64,000 nucleotides of DNA from Candidatus Poribacteria bacterium (GTDB taxonomy: Bacteria; Poribacteria; WGA-4E; WGA-3G), in assembly GCA_965215265.1 (NCBI GenBank), contig OZ244048.1, positions 544,001 to 608,000 on the forward strand, written 5' to 3'. Shown piece after piece: positions 50,652 to 61,922 of this stretch (the stretch's first letter is position 1; each line of letters opens with the position of its first letter). Both the position numbers and the translations under genes were made by a program. The notes under the pieces were generated by a model. The model did no database searches, was not told where the DNA came from, and saw nothing but the letters and a program-made list of their open reading frames with translations.

Positions 50652-51979
50652 ACAGAAAGGCGCTTGCTGCCCTGACTGCTGGAATGCTCGTTTTCGTTTT
50701 TAATCTAAATTTTTCGGTTTACTCTGAGGCGGAAAAATCGCCTGCTCCCTCTTTAAACACCGGATTACATGCCCTGGGGTTATCCTTTATTGACGGCAAT
50801 ACTTACACCCGCTTTCAACTTCAGCCGGATATTCCGCTTGGCAAAATCGGCATCGGATTGGGTTTAGTTGTCCTTTACAACCCGCTTGCTGAAGCGGCTG
50901 AACCGCAATTTCTCGCTGAAGACGCAGAATCTTGGGACAGTCCAAGCACCTGGTTGCGGTTAATTCGTTACATCCGCTACGGGCAGCCTTACGATGCGTT
51001 TCACTTCCGTTTTGGGGAATTAGATTACCTAACAATCGGGCACGGGTTAATTATGTCCGGTTATTCTAACCACGATAGGCGCGGGATACGTCTGAATTTC
51101 CGCGGTTCAAGCAATAAATTTGGGGTGGAGACGGCGCTGAATGATTTCGGAAATCCGACTATTTTTGGCGGGCGCACGTTCATTCGGCCCTTCCAAGGCC
51201 CCGAAGAGAGTAACCTCTATACCAGATTCGAACTCGGAGCTACTTACATTACTGACATAGATCCAATCCTGGTGGAGATAGGCGAAGAGCCGCTAATAGG
51301 CGTTGGTGTTGATGCAGGGCTCCCTATTTTTGAAACGAGCACGTTTCGCTTCGACCTGTATGATGACATCGCTTTCCTTAATACCTTAGCCAATACTGAC
51401 GAAGAAAACGCTTCCACGACAGAACTTGCCTGGGGCAACGCCATTGGTGTTGGGTTTTCTTGGACAAAATCACTCTTTAAACTTGAGTACCGGATTCTGG
51501 GAAACGGTTTTTACCCTTCCGTGTTTGATTACACCTATGAACCGGCGAAAACAGTGGATGCAATTCCGAATCGAGAACACGCTACAGCAGTACAAAGACG
51601 CGGATTCTTTTCAGAACTCAATTGGAATCCGAGCCCCCAAATTCATTTCTTCGGTACCTTTGAAGATTACACGGACAGTGAACCGAAACTCTATCTTGGG
51701 ATAAGCGAGTCCGAGTTAATCCCGCGCATCGCGTTTCGGGCATACTACACAAAACGCGATATTGGTGAGTCTGGTGAGACCGGTTTCTTCTCGGACCTGT
51801 TCGATCTTGACGAAAAGTCTGCGTTTGCGGTTGAAGTGCGCTACGAGCTCTTACCGGCTATTGAGACGATTATTACGCACGAATACCGGTTCCGGCGCGT
51901 TACAACAGCGGACGGAATTTCGCAGTTTGAACCGATTCATAAAACGTCGTTTATGGTAGGCAGTACAGCGAATTTTTAA
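50648..51979 (+). CDS. Exported, probable outer-membrane beta-barrel protein
   Basis: Signal peptide; alternating beta-strand pattern; terminal Phe; ATGA overlap with the ATPase gene. Confidence 0.65.
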   Translation: MNRKALAALTAGMLVFVFNLNFSVYSEAEKSPAPSLNTGLHALGLSFIDGNTYTRFQLQPDIPLGKIGIGLGLVVLYNPLAEAAEPQFLAEDAESWDSPSTWLRLIRYIRYGQPYDAFHFRFGELDYLTIGHGLIMSGYSNHDRRGIRLNFRGSSNKFGVETALNDFGNPTIFGGRTFIRPFQGPEESNLYTRFELGATYITDIDPILVEIGEEPLIGVGVDAGLPIFETSTFRFDLYDDIAFLNTLANTDEENASTTELAWGNAIGVGFSWTKSLFKLEYRILGNGFYPSVFDYTYEPAKTVDAIPNREHATAVQRRGFFSELNWNPSPQIHFFGTFEDYTDSEPKLYLGISESELIPRIAFRAYYTKRDIGESGETGFFSDLFDLDEKSAFAVEVRYELLPAIETIITHEYRFRRVTTADGISQFEPIHKTSFMVGSTANF

Positions 51980-52084
51980 CGTCTGGAAACTGAGCTCAGC
52001 AAATCTCTCCCACAAGCAGATAGGTGACAGAAACATCCGGATTGGCAGATTGTTCTTAAGGACGGGCAATGAACCTTGATAGGA

Positions 52085-52445
52085 CTGAAATATACAAATA
52101 TGCGGCACCTAAGGGTCTCCGGCGAGATTTGTAAAGATTTTAGAAAAACATCAGATGGTAACGTGCTGAGATATACAAAAAGACGAGATTTTTCACAGGT
52201 TTTAACATTGCAGCAGCCTTGTTACGGGCTCCTGTAGACGAAAGAACGATATAACCCTTCACCACTGCCGAGGCCAAATTCAACGTTATCGTCGCTTTTA
52301 CCGGACTTGTCGCAAAAAATGTTTCCGTAGACGTGTCCATCACCGAATGCTGCGTTTGATATTTCAAACGGATATATCCAAACAGCTTTTTCGTATATCT
52401 CCGTACCATCAACGCTTATAATTTTGACGGTACGGAGATATACAA
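52085..52445. repeat. Cluster of family B ends and fragments
   Basis: CTGAAATATACAAA, CTCCGGCGAGATTTG, GTGCTGAGATATACAAAAAG, and a mini-element TTTTCGTATATCTCCGTACC..GGTACGGAGATATACAA (52388-52445). Confidence 0.7.
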
Positions 52446-52487
52446 CTCAGACATGTTGGATATTCAGGCTCGATTGAATTTTGCTGT

Positions 52488-53462
52488 CTACCCGAAGGAA
52501 ACCCCCAATTTGACACTCCGTTCCGGATGTTTATCCATTTCCTCGTAGGCTCGTGCGGAATCAGCAAAAGGCACCACTGGAGCTACGATATCCTCACACT
52601 GGAATTTTCCATCAGCGAGCCATTTCCAGCAAGTGTCAATGATCCGTCCGAAATTCCAACGTGGATGGTCGCGGTTAGGGTCGCTGTTCGCGCGTGCGAA
52701 GATGAGGTTCGGGATATTGAAATGCGCCACGGCACCGAGGTCAAGCCCGCCAGTACACTCCTTTGCCCAACCGGCGACAACAACGGTGCCTTCAAATGCG
52801 ACGCTGCGGATGGCATCGTCAAGCGCGTGGTAGTTCGCACTCGTTTCAATGGCAACATCCACACCGAGGCCGCCGGTGGCCTCCTTTAGCACTTCTCCAA
52901 CGTCGCAGGCGGTTGGATCTAAAACGAGGTCTGCGCCGGTTTTCTCAGCGACGGTGCGTCGCCTCTCAATCGGGTCTACGGCGACGACGAAATCAGCGCC
53001 TGCGACATGTGCAAATTGCTGCGTCACTAATCCTATTGCGCCAAGTCCGAAGACAGCCACCCGGTCACCGACGCGCACCTGACCGTCGCGAATTGCCGAA
53101 AGCGCAAAATGCGCAGGATCGTAGCAGACAGCCTCTTTCCAGCTCATCCGTTCAGTCATTCTCAGCAGTCGTTCCGCTTTCCACGTGTGCGTCTCCTTCA
53201 GGTGACCGTGTCCTGCGACACGTTCACCGAGCTTAACGTTTTCAACTTCAGCCCCGAGCTCAACAACTTTACCGACACACATATTTCCAAGTCCTTGCGG
53301 GAATCCTGCACCGCGGAGTCCGTAATACATTGTCATCTCGGTGCCGCGTTTCGGGGCACCGAATTCAACTTGGACTCGGACGCTATCAGCCGGTAGAGGT
53401 TCGTCTCGATATTCCCTCAAGACCGGTTGTCGAGGGGCAAGGGCAACTAATTCTTTTGGCAT
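52488..53462 (-). CDS. MDR-family (zinc-binding alcohol dehydrogenase-like) oxidoreductase
   Basis: Rossmann motif GLGAIG; GroES-like N-terminal domain. Confidence 0.85.
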   Translation of the reverse strand: MPKELVALAPRQPVLREYRDEPLPADSVRVQVEFGAPKRGTEMTMYYGLRGAGFPQGLGNMCVGKVVELGAEVENVKLGERVAGHGHLKETHTWKAERLLRMTERMSWKEAVCYDPAHFALSAIRDGQVRVGDRVAVFGLGAIGLVTQQFAHVAGADFVVAVDPIERRRTVAEKTGADLVLDPTACDVGEVLKEATGGLGVDVAIETSANYHALDDAIRSVAFEGTVVVAGWAKECTGGLDLGAVAHFNIPNLIFARANSDPNRDHPRWNFGRIIDTCWKWLADGKFQCEDIVAPVVPFADSARAYEEMDKHPERSVKLGVSFG

Positions 53463-53521
53463 GGCTTTCTCCTTATGTGAATTTGTTTAAGAAGTTCTCC
53501 CTGCAAAGCAGGACGAATTCC

Positions 53522-56020
53522 TTAATGCGGAATCCCCAATTGGTGCATTCGACGATGAATCGCTTCACGTGCTTGCTGGAACGGACGAGAGAGAAATTCT
53601 AAGTGATCTTCCTCGCCGTGGTGATGTGTTACAGTGCCGGGGGCGTGGTGACGTGCGGTGCTTTGGATATACGACAATCCGCCTTCAATCAATGTGAGCA
53701 TATAGTTGGCAGTTTCAGAGTCAAACATCCACCATTCTCCGCCGACGGCGATATAGACAGGGGAGGTATGGGCGATGATGCCGCGTCCCCATCCGTCATG
53801 GTGTGGAACGGCTTGGGCATAGCCGGGACCGCCACATCGCGCTGCAAGCCATGAATGTTTGTTAACTTTTACGTTCGCTTTCAGGCGCAATTGCCGAGTG
53901 CCATTTTTGTCTTCTGTAGACGCAACAACGCGGCCTGCTTGAACGATTTCTAAGGTATGAATCGGGAAAATCGAATCGGCGGCTGCCTCCACTTCAACCG
54001 TACCGCCGTTACCGGGTAGGTTAATCGTGCTACCGACCGGTTCGCCGTTAACAGTCAGCCGAATCATCGGTCCGCCGCTGAGGAACGTGTTGCCTGCCCG
54101 CATGTATTTGCACCAATTGTCGTAGTTGAATTCCTCATCAGCCGGAATGTGAACGTAGGTACGATACACGCCAACCGGTACATCACTGCTCATCTTATCG
54201 GTTCCACCAACGAGAGGCAACTTGTACCCACAATTAAGGTAGCGATAGTATTCAATGTGGCCATACATCGCGTTGGTTAGATATTCAACGGCATCGACTC
54301 TGCCGGTTGCGATGAGCGTGGCGGGTTCGCAGTTCGGGTTCGGAATGTGCGGCAAAACGACGGTGCCGCCTTGTTCGTGACATGCATCCGCCCAATGTGA
54401 TAGCGTAACTTCCAGATTCCCCCCGAGCTCCGCTTCGCCGGGACCATCGGAGCACCACGGAGAAATGTGTTCCTTCAAACCGAGCAGTGTGAGATGTCCG
54501 AGGAGATGTTGGCGATTTTCTTGGGTGGCATAGACTATGCTACGCCCGTCATCCGATACGGTGGGCCTGCCGATGAATTCCTCGGTATTTGTGAAGAGAT
54601 GCCCCCATTGAGAGAGGAGGAGGTTGACGACACCAAGGTCCTCCCCTTGTGCTTCGGTATGCGCGCCTTGTGTCGAGAGAAAATGGACATGGGTATCGCC
54701 GCTAAAATAGCGTTCATCGTTCATATTACACCAACGCTTGAGCCGCAGCTTCAATTCGCGTTGTCCCGGTTTTATCTCAACGGTGGTGCGCAACGGCGTA
54801 TATTCATAGCCGCGAGCGACATCTACGATGACATCGCCGCGAGGCAGCCATCCCTGACAGGTGCCGTCAATGTAGGCGTAACTGATTTGCCCGAGCCGGA
54901 CATCTCCTCCGACATCTATATGCCAAGTCCCCATGTTGGAATTAACATGCGCATGGTGGCCATGTGGTGCGTACGGCACTCCATGAGGAGAACGGAAATG
55001 GATGCGGCACGGCACCGGTTTGCCGGTGTCCTCATCAACAACGGTGGTATGCACCCAGTTTCTGCCAGTGTCAATGATTTCTACCTTGACGCGCTCATTC
55101 GGCTGCACACTGCATTTCTCTTGCACCTCGCCCCAGTTAACGGTTCCGAGGGTTTCGCCGTGGTTTTTAATGTCGAGACTGGCAGACGGAGCCGCAGAGA
55201 CTTCAACGTATGCGGGACTGCTCTTGTTGTTTTGAGCCTCTCCCCAGCCTTTGAAATCATCGTCGAGGAACTGTTCTGCGGAATCTTCAGGTAACGGATA
55301 GGGATACGTAGCAGTGCCGCGGTCGACATCGACTTCAATATCAAACGGTTTTTCGACATCGTCAGGATTCTGGAGAGTAATTTTGACTTCGCGTCTCGCA
55401 CGGCGTGGAATCGGGTCTTCATCTCGGTGCCCAAGCGTTACACCGGCAATCAGGAATTTCTGGGTCTCCGGCTGAATTTCAAGAAGCTCTATTGTTAGAT
55501 GCGGTTTCGGGTTTTTCCACACCCATAAGTAGTAGTCGCGCGGTCCTCCTTGTGTAGCTTCCGTTTGCCGGTTCCCGGCGGAGCCCCAATTGCCTTCGTG
55601 TCGAGGCATCACTCCATCTTTCTCGTCTGGCCAGGCCAGGAAAGGATGTTGCCCCCATCCGGGCGGCACAACCGCAATCTCAAATCGTTCACGAATTGGA
55701 ACAGTGTAGGTTTCACCACCCGCGTATTGGAAGACATAGTGAGCAATCAGTTTCCCGACCGGCTCGCCCGCAAAAATGTCGGATTGCAAGAGCCGATGGG
55801 CGACAATTATGTTCTTTGCGGTGGTGTTAATAGGAATCTTTAAAGGTTCAGTGCTAATACCATCGCCGAAGCCCAAAAAACAGTTGTCCCCTTCTCCAAT
55901 CAGGAAAGGAAGCCCATGGAACGTTTGTGAACCGACGTTCGGCGTTGCCTGCGAGTTAATGATTCCAACACCGGCATTGCACAAAGTCGAAAGTGAAATA
56001 GGTTGGTAGTCTGGCATCAT
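53522..56020 (-). CDS. CehA/McbA-family PHP metallohydrolase
   Basis: SGDTHVH, QENRQHLLGH, GGTD and AHTSPVY motifs. Confidence 0.82.
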   Translation of the reverse strand: MMPDYQPISLSTLCNAGVGIINSQATPNVGSQTFHGLPFLIGEGDNCFLGFGDGISTEPLKIPINTTAKNIIVAHRLLQSDIFAGEPVGKLIAHYVFQYAGGETYTVPIRERFEIAVVPPGWGQHPFLAWPDEKDGVMPRHEGNWGSAGNRQTEATQGGPRDYYLWVWKNPKPHLTIELLEIQPETQKFLIAGVTLGHRDEDPIPRRARREVKITLQNPDDVEKPFDIEVDVDRGTATYPYPLPEDSAEQFLDDDFKGWGEAQNNKSSPAYVEVSAAPSASLDIKNHGETLGTVNWGEVQEKCSVQPNERVKVEIIDTGRNWVHTTVVDEDTGKPVPCRIHFRSPHGVPYAPHGHHAHVNSNMGTWHIDVGGDVRLGQISYAYIDGTCQGWLPRGDVIVDVARGYEYTPLRTTVEIKPGQRELKLRLKRWCNMNDERYFSGDTHVHFLSTQGAHTEAQGEDLGVVNLLLSQWGHLFTNTEEFIGRPTVSDDGRSIVYATQENRQHLLGHLTLLGLKEHISPWCSDGPGEAELGGNLEVTLSHWADACHEQGGTVVLPHIPNPNCEPATLIATGRVDAVEYLTNAMYGHIEYYRYLNCGYKLPLVGGTDKMSSDVPVGVYRTYVHIPADEEFNYDNWCKYMRAGNTFLSGGPMIRLTVNGEPVGSTINLPGNGGTVEVEAAADSIFPIHTLEIVQAGRVVASTEDKNGTRQLRLKANVKVNKHSWLAARCGGPGYAQAVPHHDGWGRGIIAHTSPVYIAVGGEWWMFDSETANYMLTLIEGGLSYIQSTARHHAPGTVTHHHGEEDHLEFLSRPFQQAREAIHRRMHQLGIPH

Positions 56021-56236
56021 AAGCCCCCTCTGTTCGTGCGTTGTATTGTCGATTTCTCTGTGTGAAGTTATAGTGCTTGCTTGGGATTATAGCAGAAGTG
56101 CTAAATTTTTGCAAGGGACGATCAAGAATATCGTTATTTCCCAAAGATGGCAAGGAACTGGCGTGTTAAGTAATTCGCATCCTTTTCTCTACTGCTTGTG
56201 CTTCTTATTTTCCAGAAGTTGTGGGAGACAAAAAAG

Positions 56237-57070
56237 TCAGTAATTTTTAATAAACACCTCGTTTCCTTTGGCGGCACGCTTTTGGCGGTAATTGTTCATA
56301 CCGTATTGGAGCGACCATTGGCGAATTTCGGCAAAATTGAAGAGTTCTCGAATAATCGGGGAGTCGTCATAGGTAATCAGCCATTTGTGGGGGCACCTTT
56401 TCATATTTTCGGCGAACTGTTCATGGTCAAACGAAGTATGCAATGTCCCTTTCACACCGTAGAGTTTAGAGGCTGTCGCCTTCCAATACGGCGGATCTAA
56501 AAAGATAAAGACATCCTCGCCTTTTTGGAAAAGTAATTCGGCATAATCGCCGCACGTAATTTTGACATCGGCGAGATATGGTGCGACTTGCTCAATTCGT
56601 GTAATTGATGAGGCTGTCCACCGTTTTTCATAAGCCGCGGGCGAATACCCCCCGGAGTCCACTACGCCTGAAAAGGTAATGCGATTTAGCACGAAGAATC
56701 TGACCGCACGCTCAAATTCGGAGAGCAGTGTCCGGTTTTGGCTCAGCAGTTCTTTTGTCTTCGTTAATTCTTTAAACAAGGCACGTCCATCTGCAGTGTT
56801 TGCACGCGTATCTGTCAACGTTGAGACTAGGTCCGGGACGTTGTCGCGTACCTGCTTCCAGAAACAGTACAGCTCGTAGTTGAGTTCATTAATCCAATAC
56901 GTATGAATTCGGTTTTGGAAAATACTTCGGATTGCCAAAAAAACGGAGCCGCCGCCCACGAAAGGTTCTCGAAATTCTGAAATGTTCACGGGTATAAGAG
57001 GCAGGATGTGTTTTAGTGCACGAGATTTGCCGCCAGGATATCGTAATGGGCTTTTAGCTAGTTTAGGCAT
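56237..57070 (-). CDS. Dam-like (D12 class) DNA adenine methyltransferase
   Basis: SPLRYPGGKS, EPFVGGGSV and DPPY motifs. Confidence 0.92.
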   Translation of the reverse strand: MPKLAKSPLRYPGGKSRALKHILPLIPVNISEFREPFVGGGSVFLAIRSIFQNRIHTYWINELNYELYCFWKQVRDNVPDLVSTLTDTRANTADGRALFKELTKTKELLSQNRTLLSEFERAVRFFVLNRITFSGVVDSGGYSPAAYEKRWTASSITRIEQVAPYLADVKITCGDYAELLFQKGEDVFIFLDPPYWKATASKLYGVKGTLHTSFDHEQFAENMKRCPHKWLITYDDSPIIRELFNFAEIRQWSLQYGMNNYRQKRAAKGNEVFIKNY

Positions 57071-57396
57071 AGCGTGGTGTTATCCATATCTGTAATTTGT
57101 CATTTTCGGCTGCTTCTTGGTTTAGCAAGGTGAGTTTTTTCCGTTTGCTTTGCCTTAAGCGATTTTCAGGGAGTGTATATTACATCTTTCACGAATCCTT
57201 TTAAGTTCAGTGTGCTCATTTCGTCCTCTATACGAGACAAATTTGCGGGTACTTGCATTAAAGTGTGTCGGTTAAATGAACGTCTAAGTTTTTATTTGTT
57301 GTTCCGTGTGAAAGTTTGAAGGTTCACAATCAGAAGATGGCTCCCGAATCCGAACAGCACACGGTGCGGGAGCTCACTTCTATAGCAGAAGGACAG

Positions 57397-58392
57397 TTAA
57401 AGCGGTAAGTCAATCGAGCGTCCCTGTTCAGATGACATATAGAATGCCTGCATCAGTTCTGTCAGGTTGCGTCCGTCTTGGATGTTAATAGTCATGGGTT
57501 CATCGCGGAGGATGGCGTTAATCCACTGCTGCATCGGTTCAGGTGGTGCTGCGGGGGCGTTGGCGATGTACTCTGCTTTCTCTTCATCGGAGAGTTTGCG
57601 GGTTTGAAAGTGCATCTCTCCATGCCCAGCGACGAAAGAGCCTTCCGTGCCGTAAAGTTCCAATAAATTAGGACCAGAACGGTGTATCCAGGCGACATCA
57701 ATGATGCCGAGTGCCTTGTTCGCGAATTCAACGACGGAGACGCTGTTGTCGTCGATTGGGAAATTCCCGGTAAAGTTGTTAATCTTTGCGATGGCACTTT
57801 GGGGTTCCCCCATCAACCACCGGATGACATCCACTCGGTGGCATCCTAGGTCAAACAAAGCTCCGCCCCCGGCCCGTTCTGCGTCTGCGAACCAGGCGCT
57901 TGTCCCGCTGAACCATTTGTCAAGTGCGGCGGAGTGCGCGATTCGTCCGCGCCCGAAGGTAAGGGCACCGAGCAGCCCGTCCTCAATCACTTTTTTTGCC
58001 AACAGGATTTCGGGATGGCATCGGGACGGTAAGGAAATCATAAACTTTACGTTGGCTTTCTCAACGGCGGTAATAATGGCATCACACCCGGCAACATCAA
58101 TGGCAAGGGCTTTCTCCGTGAAGATATGTTTTCCGGCTTCGGCGGCAGCAAGCATGATGCGCGGATGGTCGGACGTGATGGCATCGACGGCGACTGCGTC
58201 TACGTCTTCACGGCTAAATAACTCATCCAGTTCAGTATAGAAGGGCACCCCGTACTGTTCCGCCGCACTTCTACCCCCGTATTCCTCTTCGTCCCAGACA
58301 GCGGCGAGCTCAGTTTCTGGGTTTTCGTGAATTTTCCGGGCGTATCCGCCGGCATGGACATGTGCCATACTCAATTTTGCAACTTTAATCAT
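57397..58392 (-). CDS. Gfo/Idh/MocA oxidoreductase
   Basis: GKHIFTEK and GGGALFDLGCH motifs. Confidence 0.9.
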   Translation of the reverse strand: MIKVAKLSMAHVHAGGYARKIHENPETELAAVWDEEEYGGRSAAEQYGVPFYTELDELFSREDVDAVAVDAITSDHPRIMLAAAEAGKHIFTEKALAIDVAGCDAIITAVEKANVKFMISLPSRCHPEILLAKKVIEDGLLGALTFGRGRIAHSAALDKWFSGTSAWFADAERAGGGALFDLGCHRVDVIRWLMGEPQSAIAKINNFTGNFPIDDNSVSVVEFANKALGIIDVAWIHRSGPNLLELYGTEGSFVAGHGEMHFQTRKLSDEEKAEYIANAPAAPPEPMQQWINAILRDEPMTINIQDGRNLTELMQAFYMSSEQGRSIDLPL

Positions 58393-58403
58393 TAGGTTTC
58401 TCC

Positions 58404-59180
58404 TTATCGGATGCGAGCTACCGAAGAACGGGTAGCGAGGTGATTCCAGCCACGTAGCACCAATTGTACGTTCGTGTGGCGATTTTGGGCTTCAATTTCA
58501 TCGTCGCCGGCATGCATTTGGACGAGGACGCTTTTTCGCGTCTGTTTAGAACGATTGGGCATGGAGCCGTGCAGCGTAAAATAACTGAAGAAGAGCACAT
58601 CGCCTGGCTCAGCCTCCAAGATAGTCGCATTCTTAATAGGGTATTGCTCGCTCATCTCAGCGTTCTGTCCACTGCCCATCATGCCGTCGGTTCTGCCGAG
58701 GCACTTGTGTGAACCGGGATAGACGCGGACGCATCCCATCTCATCTGTGGCGTGTGAGACATAAATGATTGCAGCTATCATAGTATCCTTGACAGATGGG
58801 AAGTACTGCCAATCCTGATGCATCGGGAAGGGCGCCCCTTTTTCTGGCGGTTTGCAGAAAAGTTTCGAATGGTGCAGCATAATATCCGGGCCGAGGATGG
58901 CCTCTGTGATGTCAAGAAACTGTTCCTGCAAGAACGCCTGCATCCATACTGCAGAAAAACTCTGTATATTATGGGTATGAATGATAACCGATTCTCCGCC
59001 ATCCAGGGCATCCATCAGTCTGCCACCCCAGCGAGCATTGACGTTTTCATCACTCTTCAGGAGCTGATCGACGACACGGTCAAAGTCATGTTCCATCGTG
59101 TGAATCTCTTCTAGCGAGTACACGCCTTTAGCGAAGTAATATCCGTTTTCGTGAAAAAATGTTCCGATATTTTTTGACAT
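58404..59180 (-). CDS. Phytanoyl-CoA dioxygenase family protein
   Basis: HQD, PGSH and LHGSMPN motifs. Confidence 0.9.
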   Translation of the reverse strand: MSKNIGTFFHENGYYFAKGVYSLEEIHTMEHDFDRVVDQLLKSDENVNARWGGRLMDALDGGESVIIHTHNIQSFSAVWMQAFLQEQFLDITEAILGPDIMLHHSKLFCKPPEKGAPFPMHQDWQYFPSVKDTMIAAIIYVSHATDEMGCVRVYPGSHKCLGRTDGMMGSGQNAEMSEQYPIKNATILEAEPGDVLFFSYFTLHGSMPNRSKQTRKSVLVQMHAGDDEIEAQNRHTNVQLVLRGWNHLATRSSVARIR

Positions 59181-59911
59181 TATGGGTTTGTTACCTCCAA
59201 AAATAGTTCCACAAGCCAATTTGATCTGTTCTCAGTTTCCATGAACTCTTGCTGCAGCTGGGTGAGGGTATTAAAAACAACGAGTTGTCCGTTGTTCAAA
59301 ATGCCGACTTTATTGCACATCTTCGGTACATCCTCAAGACGATTGGTCGCAATGACGATGCTTTTTCCCATCGCCCGGAGCTCGCCCAAAAGCTGTATCA
59401 TCTCAATTTGGCCTCGTGCATCCAAGGGCGCAAGAGGTTCGTCAAGCAGCCAGAGTTGTGGTTCGTGCAGAAAGGTTTTCGCAAACAGGAGCCGTTGTCG
59501 TTCACCTATTGATAACGTGCCGGTTTTTCTATCACGCAGATGCCCGATGTCCATAAGTTCCAGTACAGCGTCAATTGAAGCGGTGCGTTCATCGCGTGCT
59601 AAGCGGTATGCAGATGCGAAAAAATTCAGGTAGTTTTCTCCAGATAATTCTGGGTATCCCTCAAAAGCTGCCGGTACATATCCGATGAGTGGTCGCACTT
59701 TCTTCAGGTTCCGAAACGCGTCGCAGTCATCAATAGAGAGTGTGCCGGATGTGGGTTCCACCAGCGTTGCCAAAAGGTTAAGCAGGAGTGTTTTGCCCGA
59801 GCCGTTTCTGCCGAGTAGCGCGAGGCACTCACCAGCCGCCACGTCAAACGTAAGACCCGTCAGGGACGGCTGCTTACCAAAGGATTTACACAAGTTTTGT
59901 ACATCAAGCAT
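59180..59911 (-). CDS. ABC transporter ATP-binding protein
   Basis: GRNGSGKT, LSIGERQR and LLDEP motifs. Confidence 0.88.
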   Translation of the reverse strand: MLDVQNLCKSFGKQPSLTGLTFDVAAGECLALLGRNGSGKTLLLNLLATLVEPTSGTLSIDDCDAFRNLKKVRPLIGYVPAAFEGYPELSGENYLNFFASAYRLARDERTASIDAVLELMDIGHLRDRKTGTLSIGERQRLLFAKTFLHEPQLWLLDEPLAPLDARGQIEMIQLLGELRAMGKSIVIATNRLEDVPKMCNKVGILNNGQLVVFNTLTQLQQEFMETENRSNWLVELFLEVTNP

Positions 59912-59925
59912 GGATAGCGGTTCAA

Positions 59926-60927
59926 TTAACCGAGGTCTACTTTAACAGGCCTACCGAGCCTCGCGGATTGCCAGGCGGCTTCCGTTAACTGAATCACGCG
60001 CAATCCGTTCTCAACGCCGATAGGGTTCTCTGTCCGTTCGCCACGGATCAATTCAATGAAAACAGCATCTTTCTTGGCACCTGTTGGCATCTCAGATTCT
60101 GGGACCTGAATGGGTCCACCGTCTTTTTCTTGACGGTAGAGTTTCCCCGCACGCAGGTAGAGCGTGCCTTCTTCCATCCAGATCGAAAAGTCTTCTTGTA
60201 CGCCGCCGTATGCGTGTCCGACAATGCTGATATTGCAAAGTGCACCGGTATCAAATTTAATGGACATTGCGCTCAGCACATCGACCTCAATATCTAAGTT
60301 GTCGATCATCGCAAAAACGGTGTCAGGACTGACTTCCATTACCCACAAAAGGATATCGATGAGGTGGCTCCCAGAATCGTTCAGCTGCCCGCCCCCGCCG
60401 AGGAACGCATCTTGGCGCCATTTGCCCCGCTGATTCCGGTACCAATTCTGTGATTGATGCGCCTCAACGAAATGGACGGGGCCCAGCTCGCCGCTCTGGA
60501 CAACCCGGCGGCAGTATTGATATGTCGGACTCAGATGCCGCTGGTAGCCGATGAGTAGATGCAACCCAGTTTCTTCAACCTTTGCCATAACCTGTTTCGC
60601 GTGCTCAACCGTGCAAACCATCGGTTTTTCGGTATGCACGTGACAGCCGGCATCAAGTGAAGCCATGATATGCTCAAAATGGAGGCCGTGCGGGGAACTG
60701 ATGACGACAGCATCCGGTTTGATGTCGTCTAACATCTCGCGATGTTCAGCATACGTGGGGAGAGACGGGTCCAAGCCAACGTTCTCCTTGAAAGCCGCAA
60801 GGGAGTTTTCACTCGGGTCTGCAAGGGCGACAATCTCTACATCTTCTATATTGGAGACGCTGCGCCCGTGCCCACGTGCATTGCCCCCACACCCGATAAA
60901 TGCAACGTTTATTTTTTGTTTCGACAT
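59926..60927 (-). CDS. Gfo/Idh/MocA oxidoreductase
   Basis: GCGG, EKPM and GGGQLNDSGSH motifs. Confidence 0.9.
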   Translation of the reverse strand: MSKQKINVAFIGCGGNARGHGRSVSNIEDVEIVALADPSENSLAAFKENVGLDPSLPTYAEHREMLDDIKPDAVVISSPHGLHFEHIMASLDAGCHVHTEKPMVCTVEHAKQVMAKVEETGLHLLIGYQRHLSPTYQYCRRVVQSGELGPVHFVEAHQSQNWYRNQRGKWRQDAFLGGGGQLNDSGSHLIDILLWVMEVSPDTVFAMIDNLDIEVDVLSAMSIKFDTGALCNISIVGHAYGGVQEDFSIWMEEGTLYLRAGKLYRQEKDGGPIQVPESEMPTGAKKDAVFIELIRGERTENPIGVENGLRVIQLTEAAWQSARLGRPVKVDLG

Positions 60928-61130
60928 AATTCATCCTCGTTCAATAATGGGTCTCGGTTTTTTACCACAGTCTTCTCTATTCGCTTTAGGATATCATAAT
61001 TAGCATCACAAATCAAGGAATTAATGCGAATGAATTCGAATCTTTCGTTAAAAGTGTTCAAAAAATGAACAGCATTCCACAAATTATGTGCTAAAAATAG
61101 CAAAATAGCACGATTAACTGACAATTCAGA

Positions 61131-61147
61131 TTGGCATACAATTTGCA
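61131..61147 (+). promoter_or_regulatory. sigma-54 promoter
   Basis: TTGGCATACAATTTGCA matches TGGCAY-N5-TTGC, 40 nt upstream of the ATG at 61187. Confidence 0.7.
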
Positions 61148-61186
61148 CAATATATTACAAATTACAGTTAGCACGAGGCAAAAATT

Positions 61187-61843
<657 letters not shown>

Positions 61844-61922
61844 AATGGCGTGAAAAAGATTTATGACTTACTTTTCAACTTCGTATGAATTCACTCAGAA
61901 TAAACTTAGGAGTAGTGCTATT

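Noticed and set aside
52140-52412. 90-aa ORF between B repeats as a transposase fragment
   Set aside because: Both ends are made of repeat sequence and there is no DDE or HUH motif.
54467-55294. 275-aa plus-strand ORF (and similar antisense ORFs in dnaE, acnA, clpB and the RM gene)
   Set aside because: Shadow frames opposite well-supported genes, with no motifs.
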